From Opitutia bacterium KCR 482 (GTDB lineage: Bacteria > Verrucomicrobiota > Verrucomicrobiia > Opitutales > Intestinicryptomonadaceae): a DNA stretch of 32,000 nucleotides. The notes under the pieces were generated by a model that had not been told where the DNA came from, did no database searches, and saw only the letters and a list, made by a program, of their open reading frames with translations. The stretch is taken from the NCBI GenBank assembly GCA_029269845.2, contig CP149973.1:960001-992000 (forward strand), given 5' to 3'. Position 1 is the first letter of the stretch; each line of letters begins with the position of its first letter. Shown piece after piece: positions 8,187 to 16,118 of this stretch. The translations under genes were made by a program, and so were the position numbers.

Positions 8187-8428
8187 ATAAATTGTTCCGA
8201 TAAAATACCACTCGCCCGCAAATTGCGAGACATTTTTAACAAAACAAAACTCCGCAAGCGCGCCCCAAGCCATGCCCTACCCCGCGCCGCCCCCCGAAAG
8301 TTCCGCGCGTGCTCCGCCGCGAGCCTTCCGAAGCGCAAGTTTTACGCGACGCCAGCCCCCCCAGACGGAGTCTCCGTCTCCCCACCAAAAGTCCGCCCGC
8401 GACTATCCCGACGCCTCGAAGCCGCCGC

Positions 8429-8484
8429 AAAAAGCGCGCTTCCCGCGCGCGCAAAAAAATGCGCCCCCTTTCGGAAGGCGCATT
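8429..8484 (-). terminator. Tandem intrinsic terminators downstream of pal
   Basis: First hairpin: aatgcgcc (8458-8465) paired with ggcgcatt (8477-8484), followed on the minus strand by T7 (plus A-run 8453-8459). Second hairpin: gcgcgc (8434-8439) paired with gcgcgc (8445-8450), followed by T5 (plus A-run 8429-8433). Confidence 0.65.
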
Positions 8485-8506
8485 TCGGAAATTTGAAAAG
8501 CCGATT

Positions 8507-9067
8507 CTATTTGAATTTCACGACGTCCACGCGGCGGTCGTGCTTTGCTTCGGGCGAGTCTTTCGCAACGTCGATTGCAGCGCCCGCTTCGCCGCGCGCG
8601 ATGATTTCGATGCGAGAAACGTCGAGACCGAGGCTTGCCGCGTAGTCTTGAACCGCCTTACAACGCTTGTCGGAAAGGAGCATGTTGTATTCTTCCGTGC
8701 CGTACCAGTCGGTATGGCCTACGAGAACTACCTTGAAGTCGGGATTCGACGCGTAGAAGTCAACCGCGCGTTTTACCTTGCCGCGTTCGCCGGCCGCAAC
8801 CGCGTATTGGTCGAAGCCGAAGTAGATTGTTTCGACGATGTCTTCGGGCTTGATATTGTCGGGGTCGAACGCGCCGAGTTCGTTGATTCCGCGCGAGGCG
8901 AGACCAGCGTCGGACAGGTTGGCGTCGCCGGGGAGATCGCCGGGGTTGAGTTCGTTGGACGAGCTTGACGCGCGGGTGTCGAGCGGCGATGGGCCGTCCA
9001 TGGAATCGCAAGCTGCGAGGAAGAACATTGAGAACGCTACTGCGGCGAGTGTAAATGCTTTTTTCAT
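8507..9067 (-). CDS. pal: Peptidoglycan-associated lipoprotein (OmpA-domain, Pal-like)
   Basis: Lipoprotein signal with lipobox: MKKAFTLAAVAFSMFFLAAC. The C-terminal OmpA-like domain reads IYFGFDQYAV...VVLVGHTDWYGTEEYNMLLSDKRCKAV...RGEA. At 186 aa, the size is typical of Pal. Confidence 0.8.
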   Translation of the reverse strand: MKKAFTLAAVAFSMFFLAACDSMDGPSPLDTRASSSSNELNPGDLPGDANLSDAGLASRGINELGAFDPDNIKPEDIVETIYFGFDQYAVAAGERGKVKRAVDFYASNPDFKVVLVGHTDWYGTEEYNMLLSDKRCKAVQDYAASLGLDVSRIEIIARGEAGAAIDVAKDSPEAKHDRRVDVVKFK

Positions 9068-9195
9068 AATTTATTTATTATCGGATTATTTTTTCTTGAA
9101 AAAATCTATATATTGCAAGTCTCCATGCATTTTTTATTTTTTGCAAGTTTTTTCTACGCCGTTCAGCAACATTTTCGGGCGCGGCGAAAAAAAAC

Positions 9196-9858
9196 CTATC
9201 GGCGGACGTTCGGAGAAAGAATCCGCTTGTGGTGCGGAAGAAGCACTATGCCGCCCCTGCGCTCGATTTCGCGCTCGGTCGCCGCCTGAGCCTCCAAGGC
9301 GGCGGCGTTGAGGCGTTCAAGCTCCGCCTGCCGCAGTTTCAGAGCCTCGATTTCCGACTCGCGGCTTTTCAGAAGCTTGCGCATGTTTTCGAGCCTGTCG
9401 AGCGATTCCGAGCGCGTGGAATTTTGCGCGCGCAGCCGCTCCAAGTCGGACTTGGTTTGGGCGACGGTTTTGTCGAGAATGTCGCGCTGTTTCAGAAGTT
9501 CGGCGTACGCCTTTTCGGCGGAAAGGCGGGCGTCCGCCTCGCGCTCCAGCTGGGCGTTGAGTTTGGAGACAATCTCCTTTTGCGTAAGCGAACTTGTGCG
9601 CTTTGCGCGTTCGAGCATTTCGCGCGCCTCCCGCGCCTTGCGGATATTGTCGGCGGCTGCCTCCTGCGCCAGACGCGTTTTGCGCTCGGCTTCGTCCGCC
9701 TTGCGCTCTACGGTCATCGCGCGGGTCTGCGCCGTTTTAGTCTCCTCCTCCAATATTTGCGACTGCGCGCGCTCCTGACCGTATTTCAGAAAAAATACGA
9801 TTGCCGTAAAGGCGAGCAGGCACAGCGCAAAAATTAAACTCCCGTGTATATCTTTCAT
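9196..9858 (-). CDS. Membrane-anchored coiled-coil protein (hypothetical)
   Basis: ATG at 9858 gives MKDIHGSLIFALCLLAFTAIVFFLKY (TM). About 180 aa of E/A/R/K/L-rich heptad-like sequence follow (ERKADEAERKTRLAQEAAADNIRKAREAREMLERAKR...). The longer track ORF starts at a TTG (9876). Confidence 0.6.
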   Translation of the reverse strand: MKDIHGSLIFALCLLAFTAIVFFLKYGQERAQSQILEEETKTAQTRAMTVERKADEAERKTRLAQEAAADNIRKAREAREMLERAKRTSSLTQKEIVSKLNAQLEREADARLSAEKAYAELLKQRDILDKTVAQTKSDLERLRAQNSTRSESLDRLENMRKLLKSRESEIEALKLRQAELERLNAAALEAQAATEREIERRGGIVLLPHHKRILSPNVRR

Positions 9859-9918
9859 GCGCGTTGAATAATGCAAAACCGCCCCGCCTTTGCAACGTTA
9901 AAAAATTCCACAATTTAG

Positions 9919-9947
9919 TTGCTCAAAAATTTCGCATACGCAATAAT
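9919..9947 (+). promoter_or_regulatory. Candidate sigma70-like promoter for the GH78-like gene
   Basis: ttgctc (9919-9924), a 17-nt spacer, then aataat (9942-9947). The ATG at 9954 lies 7 nt after the -10 hexamer, which implies a leaderless or nearly leaderless mRNA. This is pattern match only. Confidence 0.3.
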
Positions 9948-9953
9948 GGTGGC

Positions 9954-12143
9954 ATGTCTATATATAAATACTATCTGCTATCAATAGCGGCGTTTGCGGG
10001 CATGCAGGCGTTTGCTCAACCTTTCAAGGCGGAGGAATACAGCCCCGCGACCGACCCCGCCGTAAAAAAGGCGGCGCGTCCCGAATTCGGGAAATGGAAA
10101 GCCGCATACATGTGGTATCCGGGGCAGTACGCGTCGTTCTGCCACCGCAGACTCGCGGAAAAATCGGTGGAACGCTGCGCATACGTAAACGACGGCGGAA
10201 CATACTACACTCCGCAGGAATCGACGCTTTTCAGGCGCGAAGTCTACCTGCCGAAAGACGCCAAGATGAAATGGCGGGCGTCGCACTTGGCGTACATCGA
10301 CGTCGACGGCAAGCGCGTTGCGGGAATGCGCGCGGGCGAAATCACAATACCCGCGGGGAAGCGCGAAATCAGGGTGAAGGTGGTTTCGAAAACCCGCCTG
10401 CCCTGCCTTATAATAGAGGGCGAGGGGCTGTCCACGCCCGAAGGCTGGGCGGCGAGCCTCGACGGCAAGAGCTGGGTGCCCGCGGAATCGTCGCCGCTCT
10501 TCGACGAGCCGCAGACTACGCCCGACTACCTCGCCTACGACATCTACGAAATTCCGCCGCACAAATACCCCGTCGCCGAAAACTGCAAAGCCTCCGCCGA
10601 CGGAATCGAGATGGGCAAAAACTCGAAGCTCGTGATAGACTTCAAGCACGACGAACTCGGCGGCGTCGTCTTACGCGCAGAGGGAAGCGGAACGCTCAGA
10701 TTTTCCGTCGGCGAAAGCCTGCCCGAAGCCCTCAACGACGACGAAGTGCGCTTCGAGCAAAAGCCGCTTCCGTCGTTTGCGCTAGCGGACGGATTGAACG
10801 ACATCGAGCTTCCCGAAAGGGCGTTGCGCTTTCTGCGCATTGAGTCGGACGGCGGCGCGAAAATCTCCGTCCCAGTGTTCCGCGCAAAACTTTTCCCGAT
10901 GAAAAGAATCGGAAAATTCAGGTGCAGCGACGAAATGTTCAACCGCATTTTCGAGGCGGGAGCCGCCACAATCCACACCTCCACGCACGACTTCTACCTC
11001 GACGGAATCAAGCGCGACTTCCTGCCGTGGCCGCTCGACGCCGTAGAGGCGGGCCTTGCCGCCGACCTGCTCTTCGACGCCCGCGCGGTCTCGCGCAATT
11101 CCTACGCGCTCTCGCTGCTTTCCGACAAGCCGTCGCTCTACAACACGGGTATTCTCGACTACCCCCTGCACGCGCTCGTGGGCTTCGAACACGACTTCGC
11201 AAGATACGGCGAAATCGAGACGTCGCTCCAATACAAAGACAGAATCCTGCAAATGCTCGCCCTCTACGAAAGCGCGCTCGACAAAAACGGGTTCCTGCCC
11301 TACCGCCATTCCAAGTGGCCCGCGTTCCTCCCAGGCTGGGCGAAAAGACACCCATTCCCCTACTGGAGCGGAACGCCCGCCTATGTGCAAATGATGCTCT
11401 ACATAAACTGGAAGAACGCCGCGAAATTCTCGGAACGCTGGGGCGATACCGCCGCCGCGCTAAAATACGCAAACATGGCGGAATCATTGCGCGGGAAAAT
11501 CCTCGAACATTTTTGGGACGGCGAGCGGCGGGCGTTCATAAACGGCTACGACAAAAACGGGAAGCCCGACACTGAAATATCGCAATACGCGCAGTACTGG
11601 GCGGTACTCGCCGGGATATTCCCGAAAGAGTCGCTCGACAACCTCTTCGAAAAAGTCATGCCCGCAGTCAAGGACTACCGCGAAGACGTAAGCATCGAAA
11701 AGCCCTACGAAATGCTCGCATACGCAAAGGCGGGGCATGTCCGCGAGGCTTTCGACTACGTCAAAGACATCTGGGGCGGCTGGCTCGACGACGGCTTCAC
11801 GCGCTTCCCCGAAAACTTCACCCCCAAGGGGACGCCCGCGCAAAAGCTCGAATTCTACCGCAGACCGTTCGGGCTTAGCCTCTGCCACGCGTCGCTCGGC
11901 GCGCCGCCCGTCATCGTCGCATTCCGCGGAATTTGCGGCTTCTGGGAAACCGAAAATCCGAACGAATACCTGCTCAAACCCGACCTCGTAGGGCTTGACT
12001 GGGCGGAGGGCGAAATTCCCGTCAGGAACGGCTCGATAAAATTCCGCTTCGAAAAAAGCGGGAAGTTCGAAGTGTCGCCGCCCAAGGGCGCGAACGTCGT
12101 CTTGAAGTTTGCGGGCAAAACGCGCCGCATTGCGGGCAAATAG
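9954..12143 (+). CDS. Secreted six-hairpin (alpha/alpha)6 glycoside hydrolase, GH78 alpha-L-rhamnosidase-like
   Basis: The internal ATG gives the signal peptide MSIYKYYLLSIAAFAGMQAFA/QP. FRCSDEMFNRIFEAG...HDFYLDGIKRDFLPWPLD resembles the rhamnosidase block (F.SSD..LN.IW...DG.KRDR..W.GD). Downstream are FWDGERRAFINGYD and QYAQYWAVLAGI. The family call is from memory of motifs. Confidence 0.55.
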   Translation: MSIYKYYLLSIAAFAGMQAFAQPFKAEEYSPATDPAVKKAARPEFGKWKAAYMWYPGQYASFCHRRLAEKSVERCAYVNDGGTYYTPQESTLFRREVYLPKDAKMKWRASHLAYIDVDGKRVAGMRAGEITIPAGKREIRVKVVSKTRLPCLIIEGEGLSTPEGWAASLDGKSWVPAESSPLFDEPQTTPDYLAYDIYEIPPHKYPVAENCKASADGIEMGKNSKLVIDFKHDELGGVVLRAEGSGTLRFSVGESLPEALNDDEVRFEQKPLPSFALADGLNDIELPERALRFLRIESDGGAKISVPVFRAKLFPMKRIGKFRCSDEMFNRIFEAGAATIHTSTHDFYLDGIKRDFLPWPLDAVEAGLAADLLFDARAVSRNSYALSLLSDKPSLYNTGILDYPLHALVGFEHDFARYGEIETSLQYKDRILQMLALYESALDKNGFLPYRHSKWPAFLPGWAKRHPFPYWSGTPAYVQMMLYINWKNAAKFSERWGDTAAALKYANMAESLRGKILEHFWDGERRAFINGYDKNGKPDTEISQYAQYWAVLAGIFPKESLDNLFEKVMPAVKDYREDVSIEKPYEMLAYAKAGHVREAFDYVKDIWGGWLDDGFTRFPENFTPKGTPAQKLEFYRRPFGLSLCHASLGAPPVIVAFRGICGFWETENPNEYLLKPDLVGLDWAEGEIPVRNGSIKFRFEKSGKFEVSPPKGANVVLKFAGKTRRIAGK

Positions 12144-12166
12144 CCCAAGCGCAAACACGGATACGC

Positions 12167-12200
12167 AAAACGCCCCGCGAAAAACGGGGCGTTTTTGTTT
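12167..12200. terminator. Bidirectional intrinsic terminator between convergent genes
   Basis: A4 (12167-12170), stem cgccccg (12171-12177), loop cgaaaaa, stem cggggcg (12185-12191), then T5 g TTT (12192-12200). It sits between the stops at 12143 (+) and 12223 (-). Confidence 0.7.
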
Positions 12201-12222
12201 TGCGGGAAAGCCGAATTTTGCG

Positions 12223-13101
12223 CTACGCGTCAACAACAACGCAGGAGTCGCCGAGCATGGACTTCACGAAATTTTTAAGCTCCGAAATCCGCGCGTCGGT
12301 CAGGTTGTTTACTATCGCAAAACACGCGCTGCCGGAGCCGCTCATCATGGCGGGTACCGCGAATTTTTCGCGCACGCCCTCCACTGCGAGTTCGAGCGCG
12401 GGATATTTCTTGAACGCCTCAATCTGCATGTTGTTTACGAGCGGCAGACCCGAAATGCTCGGGTTTTCGAGCCATACGGAAAGCATCGATTCCGCCTCGT
12501 CGGCGTCGATGTAGTCGGAGGGGTTCGCCCTCATCTGCGAGTACGCCCAGCCCGTGTTTATGGAAAACGCGGGTTTGAAAATCACGAGTTTCAGGCGCGA
12601 AATGTAGTCTTGCGCGTCGCCGAAAAGCGGGTAGACAAGCTCGCCGCGCCCGCGCATGACGACGGGCGTTCCCGTGAGGAACAGCGGGCAGTCGCTGCCC
12701 ATTTCCGCCGCAAGGGCTTCGAGCCTTTTCATCGGAAGCGGATTTCCGCAAAGCCCGTTTACCGCAAGCAGAGCTGCCGCGCCGTTGGAGCTTCCGCCGC
12801 CAAGCCCCGCGCCGTGCGGAACTTTTTTGTCGAGCTTGAATTTGAAGAAAACGTCCCTCCCGCTCTCCCTGCGGAACAGCGCCGCCGCCTTTACAACGAG
12901 GTTCGACTCGTCGAGCGGCACGCCCTCCATGTCGCATTCGATTTCGTCGCGCGACGCGCCGTCGAGAATTTCGGCTTCGAGCCAGTCGCCGAATTTGACG
13001 GGGGCTACAATGCTCACCAGATTGTGGAAGCCGTCGGGGCGCGCGCCCGTTATCGCAAGCATCAGGTTCACCTTGCAGGGGGAAAACTTTTTTACTTTCA
13101 T
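12223..13101 (-). CDS. ispE: 4-diphosphocytidyl-2-C-methyl-D-erythritol kinase
   Basis: MKVKKFSPCKVNLMLAITGARPDGFHNLVSI matches the IspE N-terminus (KINL.L.V.G.R.DGYH.L). The GHMP-kinase ATP loop KKVPHGAGLGGGSSNGAAAL is present. I prefer the ATG at 13101 over the longer ORF. Confidence 0.9.
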   Translation of the reverse strand: MKVKKFSPCKVNLMLAITGARPDGFHNLVSIVAPVKFGDWLEAEILDGASRDEIECDMEGVPLDESNLVVKAAALFRRESGRDVFFKFKLDKKVPHGAGLGGGSSNGAAALLAVNGLCGNPLPMKRLEALAAEMGSDCPLFLTGTPVVMRGRGELVYPLFGDAQDYISRLKLVIFKPAFSINTGWAYSQMRANPSDYIDADEAESMLSVWLENPSISGLPLVNNMQIEAFKKYPALELAVEGVREKFAVPAMMSGSGSACFAIVNNLTDARISELKNFVKSMLGDSCVVVDA

Positions 13102-13111
13102 ATTTAAATAT

Positions 13112-13140
13112 TTGAAAAATTTTACGGATTGTTGCATAAA
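13112..13140 (+). promoter_or_regulatory. Candidate sigma70-like promoter for pyrF-ispD-ispF
   Basis: ttgaaa (13112-13117), a 17-nt spacer, then cataaa (13135-13140). The pyrF ATG at 13150 is 10 nt after the -10 hexamer. The site lies in the 48-bp AT-rich gap between divergent ispE and pyrF. This is pattern match only. Confidence 0.3.
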
Positions 13141-13149
13141 CGCGCCAAT

Positions 13150-13848
13150 ATGTCAAAACACGATTGCAAATTGATGCTCGCCCTCGACCTCCCCGACAAA
13201 AACGCGGCTCTCGACATGCTCGGAAAACTGCGCGGAAATCTGGAATGGGTAAAAATCGGGCTGCAAATGTATCTCGCCTACGGGCGCGGTTTCGTAAACG
13301 AAGTCGCCTCGATGGGCTTCAAGGTTTTTCTCGACCTCAAACTGTACGACATTCCCAACACCGTGGCGTCGGCGGTCAAGAGCCTCAAAGGCCTGCCCGT
13401 TTCGATGCTCACAATACACACGTCTGGCGGACGCGAAATGATGTCGGCGGCGGTCGCCGCGGCAAAGGAGACAAACCCCGACATGCTGCTGCTGGGCGTC
13501 ACAGTGCTCACATCGTTCGACGCCGACGGGCTCGCCGAAACGGGAGTCGCAAAAGCCCCCGCCGAACAGGTGGAGCTGCTCGCAAAGCTCGCGGTAGATT
13601 CGGGCATGCGCGGCTTGGTGTGCTCGCCGCTCGAAATCGAACGCCTCAGAAAAATCATACCGCAGGAGGTCAAACTCATAACCCCGGGGATACGCCCCGC
13701 GGGAAGCTCGACAGACGAGCAGAAGCGCGTGATGACGCCGTCGCTCGCGGCTGAGGCGGGCTCCGATTTCATAGTCGTCGGACGCCCCATTCTCAAAGCC
13801 GAAAACCCCGCCGCCGCCGCGCGCGCGATAATCGACGAGCTGAAATGA
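13150..13848 (+). CDS. pyrF: Orotidine 5'-phosphate decarboxylase
   Basis: LMLALDLPD...WVKIGLQMY...FLDLKLYDIPNTV...IVVGRPI are the canonical OMP decarboxylase blocks. The track ORF begins at a TTG (13129); the ATG at 13150 is more plausible. Confidence 0.9.
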   Translation: MSKHDCKLMLALDLPDKNAALDMLGKLRGNLEWVKIGLQMYLAYGRGFVNEVASMGFKVFLDLKLYDIPNTVASAVKSLKGLPVSMLTIHTSGGREMMSAAVAAAKETNPDMLLLGVTVLTSFDADGLAETGVAKAPAEQVELLAKLAVDSGMRGLVCSPLEIERLRKIIPQEVKLITPGIRPAGSSTDEQKRVMTPSLAAEAGSDFIVVGRPILKAENPAAAARAIIDELK

Positions 13849-14588
13849 AAGCCGCAAAAAAAAGCGCAAAGAGCGGAAACGCCGCGGTGATTCTCGCGGG
13901 CGGAAGCGGCTCGCGCATGCGCGGAACGGTAGCCGACAAGGTGCTCGAACCTCTCGGCGGAATGCCCGTAATTCTGCACTCGTTCAAGGCGTTTCTCGAA
14001 AGCGGGCAGGTGTCGGAGGCGGTTTTCGTCTGCCGCGACGCCGCGCAGAAACGCGCAATTTCCGCCGCGCTCAAAAAGTTCTTTCCCGACTTCAAAAAGG
14101 CGGTGTCGGTCAAATTCGCGCAGGGAGGCGCGGAGCGTCAGGACAGCGTACTAAACGGGCTTGCCGAAATTTCCGACAAATCCGCGCTCGCGTTTATCCA
14201 CGACGGCGCGCGCCCGCTTGTCGGCGCGGAAAACATCGTGCTTCTCGCCGCAGCCGCAATGCGCGACGGCGCGGCGGTTCTCGCCTCGCGCGTGGTCGAT
14301 ACAATCAAGCGCGTGCCGCCCGACGGCTCGACCGAAAAAATCAAGCCCGCCGACCTCGACCGCTCGCGCCTTTGGGCAATGCAGACCCCGCAGGTTTTCC
14401 GCGCAGGCGCAATCGAAAACGCCTACAAAAAAGTAAAGCGCGGGAAAATCAAAATCACAGACGACGTCGCCGCATACGTGCTCGACGGCTCGAAGATTTC
14501 GATTGTCGAAAACCCCAACCCCAACCCGAAAATCACAGTACCGCAGGACATCGCATACGTCGAATTTTTGAAATCGAGGATACAGTAA
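13845..14588 (+). CDS. ispD: 2-C-methyl-D-erythritol 4-phosphate cytidylyltransferase
   Basis: AVILAGGSGSRMRG..DKVLEPLGGMPVILHS is the IspD N-terminal nucleotide-binding motif. FIHDGARP and VDTIK are present. The start overlaps the pyrF stop as ATGA. Confidence 0.9.
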   Translation: MKAAKKSAKSGNAAVILAGGSGSRMRGTVADKVLEPLGGMPVILHSFKAFLESGQVSEAVFVCRDAAQKRAISAALKKFFPDFKKAVSVKFAQGGAERQDSVLNGLAEISDKSALAFIHDGARPLVGAENIVLLAAAAMRDGAAVLASRVVDTIKRVPPDGSTEKIKPADLDRSRLWAMQTPQVFRAGAIENAYKKVKRGKIKITDDVAAYVLDGSKISIVENPNPNPKITVPQDIAYVEFLKSRIQ

Positions 14589-15074
14589 ATGGAATGCAAT
14601 TTTAGAATAGGACACGGCTACGACGTGCACAGGCTCGTCGAGGGCAGAAAATGCATCATTGGCGGAGTGGAGATTCCGTCGAAGCTCGGACTGCTCGGAC
14701 ACTCCGACGCCGACGTGCTAACGCACGCGCTTGCCGACTCCATTTTGGGCGCGCTCGCCCTGCCCGACATCGGCTTCTACTTCCCGCCGTCCGACCCGAA
14801 CTGCGAGGGAATAGACTCGCAGGAAATCCTCAAAAAGGCGGTTGCGGAGGCAGACAGGCTCGGCTACAAAGTGGCGAATGTGGACTGCTCAATCATCGCC
14901 GAAACGCCGAAAATTCTGCCGCATGTCGCCGCAATGAAAAAGGTCTTGGCGAAGTCGCTGGGCGTTTCCGAAAACGACGTCGGCGTAAAGGCCACCACGA
15001 ACGAAAAAATGGGCTGGGAGGGCGAGAAGCAGGGAATCGGCGTGCACGCGGTTTCGCTTCTTTGCAAAAAATAG
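14589..15074 (+). CDS. ispF: 2-C-methyl-D-erythritol 2,4-cyclodiphosphate synthase
   Basis: FRIGHGYDVHRL......GHSDADVLTHALADSILGA...DIG is the IspF signature. The ATG directly abuts the ispD stop codon. Confidence 0.95.
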   Translation: MECNFRIGHGYDVHRLVEGRKCIIGGVEIPSKLGLLGHSDADVLTHALADSILGALALPDIGFYFPPSDPNCEGIDSQEILKKAVAEADRLGYKVANVDCSIIAETPKILPHVAAMKKVLAKSLGVSENDVGVKATTNEKMGWEGEKQGIGVHAVSLLCKK

Positions 15075-15103
15075 CCCGAAAAAAAATTCGGCAAAATTAT
15101 AAC

Positions 15104-15137
15104 GGCGTCGGAAAATTTATTCCGACGCCTTTTTTTT
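15104..15137 (+). terminator. Intrinsic terminator after ispF
   Basis: A 9-bp stem, ggcgtcgga (15104-15112) paired with tccgacgcc (15121-15129), an 8-nt loop, then T8 (15130-15137). Confidence 0.8.
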
Positions 15138-15207
15138 GCAAAACCCTCCGAAAACTTTAACGGACGCGCGAAACGGCAAATCGCGGGCGGCACGCGAGGG
15201 GTATCCG

Positions 15208-15237
15208 AAAAACGCCCGCAAAAAGATTCCGCGGGCG
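15208..15237 (-). terminator. Intrinsic terminator after the patatin gene
   Basis: Stem cgcccgc (15213-15219) paired with gcgggcg (15231-15237), an 11-nt loop, and a minus-strand T5 (plus A-run 15208-15212). It lies 8 nt after the stop at 15245. Confidence 0.55.
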
Positions 15238-15244
15238 CGGCGTT

Positions 15245-16090
15245 TTAAAACATCGCGCGGATTTTCGACAAGGCCGCGCCGCACAGGCGGTAGCCCTCGT
15301 CGTAGAGGTCGGCAAGTTTTTTCGGGTCGCGTTCAAGGCGTCCCACTTGGAGCGGACGCGCTGGACGCAGGGCGACTATCCGCCCCTCGCGCTCCAATTT
15401 GTCGGCATACGCGAGAGACTCGTTGTAGGCTTCGTGGGCGCGTTTGAGCGCGTCAATCAGGCGCGGATAACGCTTGTAGAGGATTTTCGCGATAGACAAA
15501 TACATGGGAGGCTTGCGGAAGCCCCTGTTGCGCGTGAGCACAAGCAGGATTTTCCCCGCGCCGGTTTCAAGCGCATGCCTTACGGGAATGGCGTCGGAAA
15601 TTCCGCCGTCGAGATAGGGCACGCCGCGTATGCGCGTAAGCGGGCAGACGTAGGGCAGACTGCACGACGCCCTGCACGCGGCAAGAGTTGCCGCAAAAGT
15701 CTTGGGCTTTTCCAGATAGTCGGGCTTGCCCGTCCTGCAATTCGTGGCGACAAGCTCGAAGTCGCCCGACTTCAAATAGGCGTCGAAATCGTAGGGGTAG
15801 ACGCGGCGCGGAAGCTCGCCGAAAAGGTAGTCGTAGTCCATTATGCACCTGTTGGTGAACAGGTATTTCAGACCTATGTATTTGCGGTTTGCGAGCGCGT
15901 CTATGTTGCAAAAGCGCGCGCGTCCGCGCTGGCGCGACGCGTACGAAAGCCCGTTGGAGCTTCCCGCCGACACGCCGATAACGCGCGGAAAATATATTTT
16001 TTCGTCGAGCAAGCAGTCGAGCACTCCCGCGGTGAAAACCCCGCGCATGCCGCCGCCTTCGAGAACAAGAGTCTGTTTCATATTGCGCAT
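15245..16090 (-). CDS. Patatin-like phospholipase family protein
   Basis: LVLEGGGMRGVFTAGVL (oxyanion GGG.RG), GVSAGSSNG (G.S.G nucleophile) and YLDGGISD (catalytic Asp, DGG) are present. ATG candidates are at 16090 and 16081. The track start at 16096 is a TTG. Confidence 0.85.
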   Translation of the reverse strand: MRNMKQTLVLEGGGMRGVFTAGVLDCLLDEKIYFPRVIGVSAGSSNGLSYASRQRGRARFCNIDALANRKYIGLKYLFTNRCIMDYDYLFGELPRRVYPYDFDAYLKSGDFELVATNCRTGKPDYLEKPKTFAATLAACRASCSLPYVCPLTRIRGVPYLDGGISDAIPVRHALETGAGKILLVLTRNRGFRKPPMYLSIAKILYKRYPRLIDALKRAHEAYNESLAYADKLEREGRIVALRPARPLQVGRLERDPKKLADLYDEGYRLCGAALSKIRAMF

Positions 16091-16118
16091 GCCCAAAAGG
16101 CGGAACGCCGCGGCAACC

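Noticed and set aside
8187-8273. N-terminal extensions offered by the longest-ORF rule: ABC ATPase to 8273, GH78-like from 9864, coiled-coil to 9876, ispE to 13137, pyrF from 13129, beta-barrel from 18026, TPR from 24123 and SEDS to 31909
   Set aside because: Several of these use TTG codons. Internal ATGs give canonical N-termini: signal peptides, IspE and PyrF consensus starts, and an ABC start just before the first beta-strand. The SEDS extension overlaps the metH frame. The ABC start remains somewhat ambiguous.
8187-8428. Attempt to assign the GC-rich leader to a known riboswitch class (SAM, glycine, lysine, T-box)
   Set aside because: I could not find the conserved core sequences of any of these classes in either strand. 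It is kept only as an unclassified structured-leader lead.
12109-13107. 332-aa plus-strand ORF antisense to ispE. Similar long antisense or alternative-frame ORFs occur elsewhere, e.g. 18083..19210, 27552..28499, 28644..29705, 29709..30488, 5771..6769, 6788..7573, 6850..7638, 7557..8645, 4326..5102, 4497..5330 and 15347..16153.
   Set aside because: Each lies opposite to, or out of frame with, a gene carrying unambiguous family motifs. Each has the R/A/G/P-rich, low-K/I/N composition expected from non-coding frames of GC-rich DNA.
15245-16090. Patatin phospholipase as a CBASS-type (CapV-like) defence effector
   Set aside because: No cyclic-oligonucleotide synthase, sensor or other defence-associated gene is adjacent. 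The neighbour is a TPR membrane protein. The flanking genes are housekeeping (ispF, outer-membrane protein).
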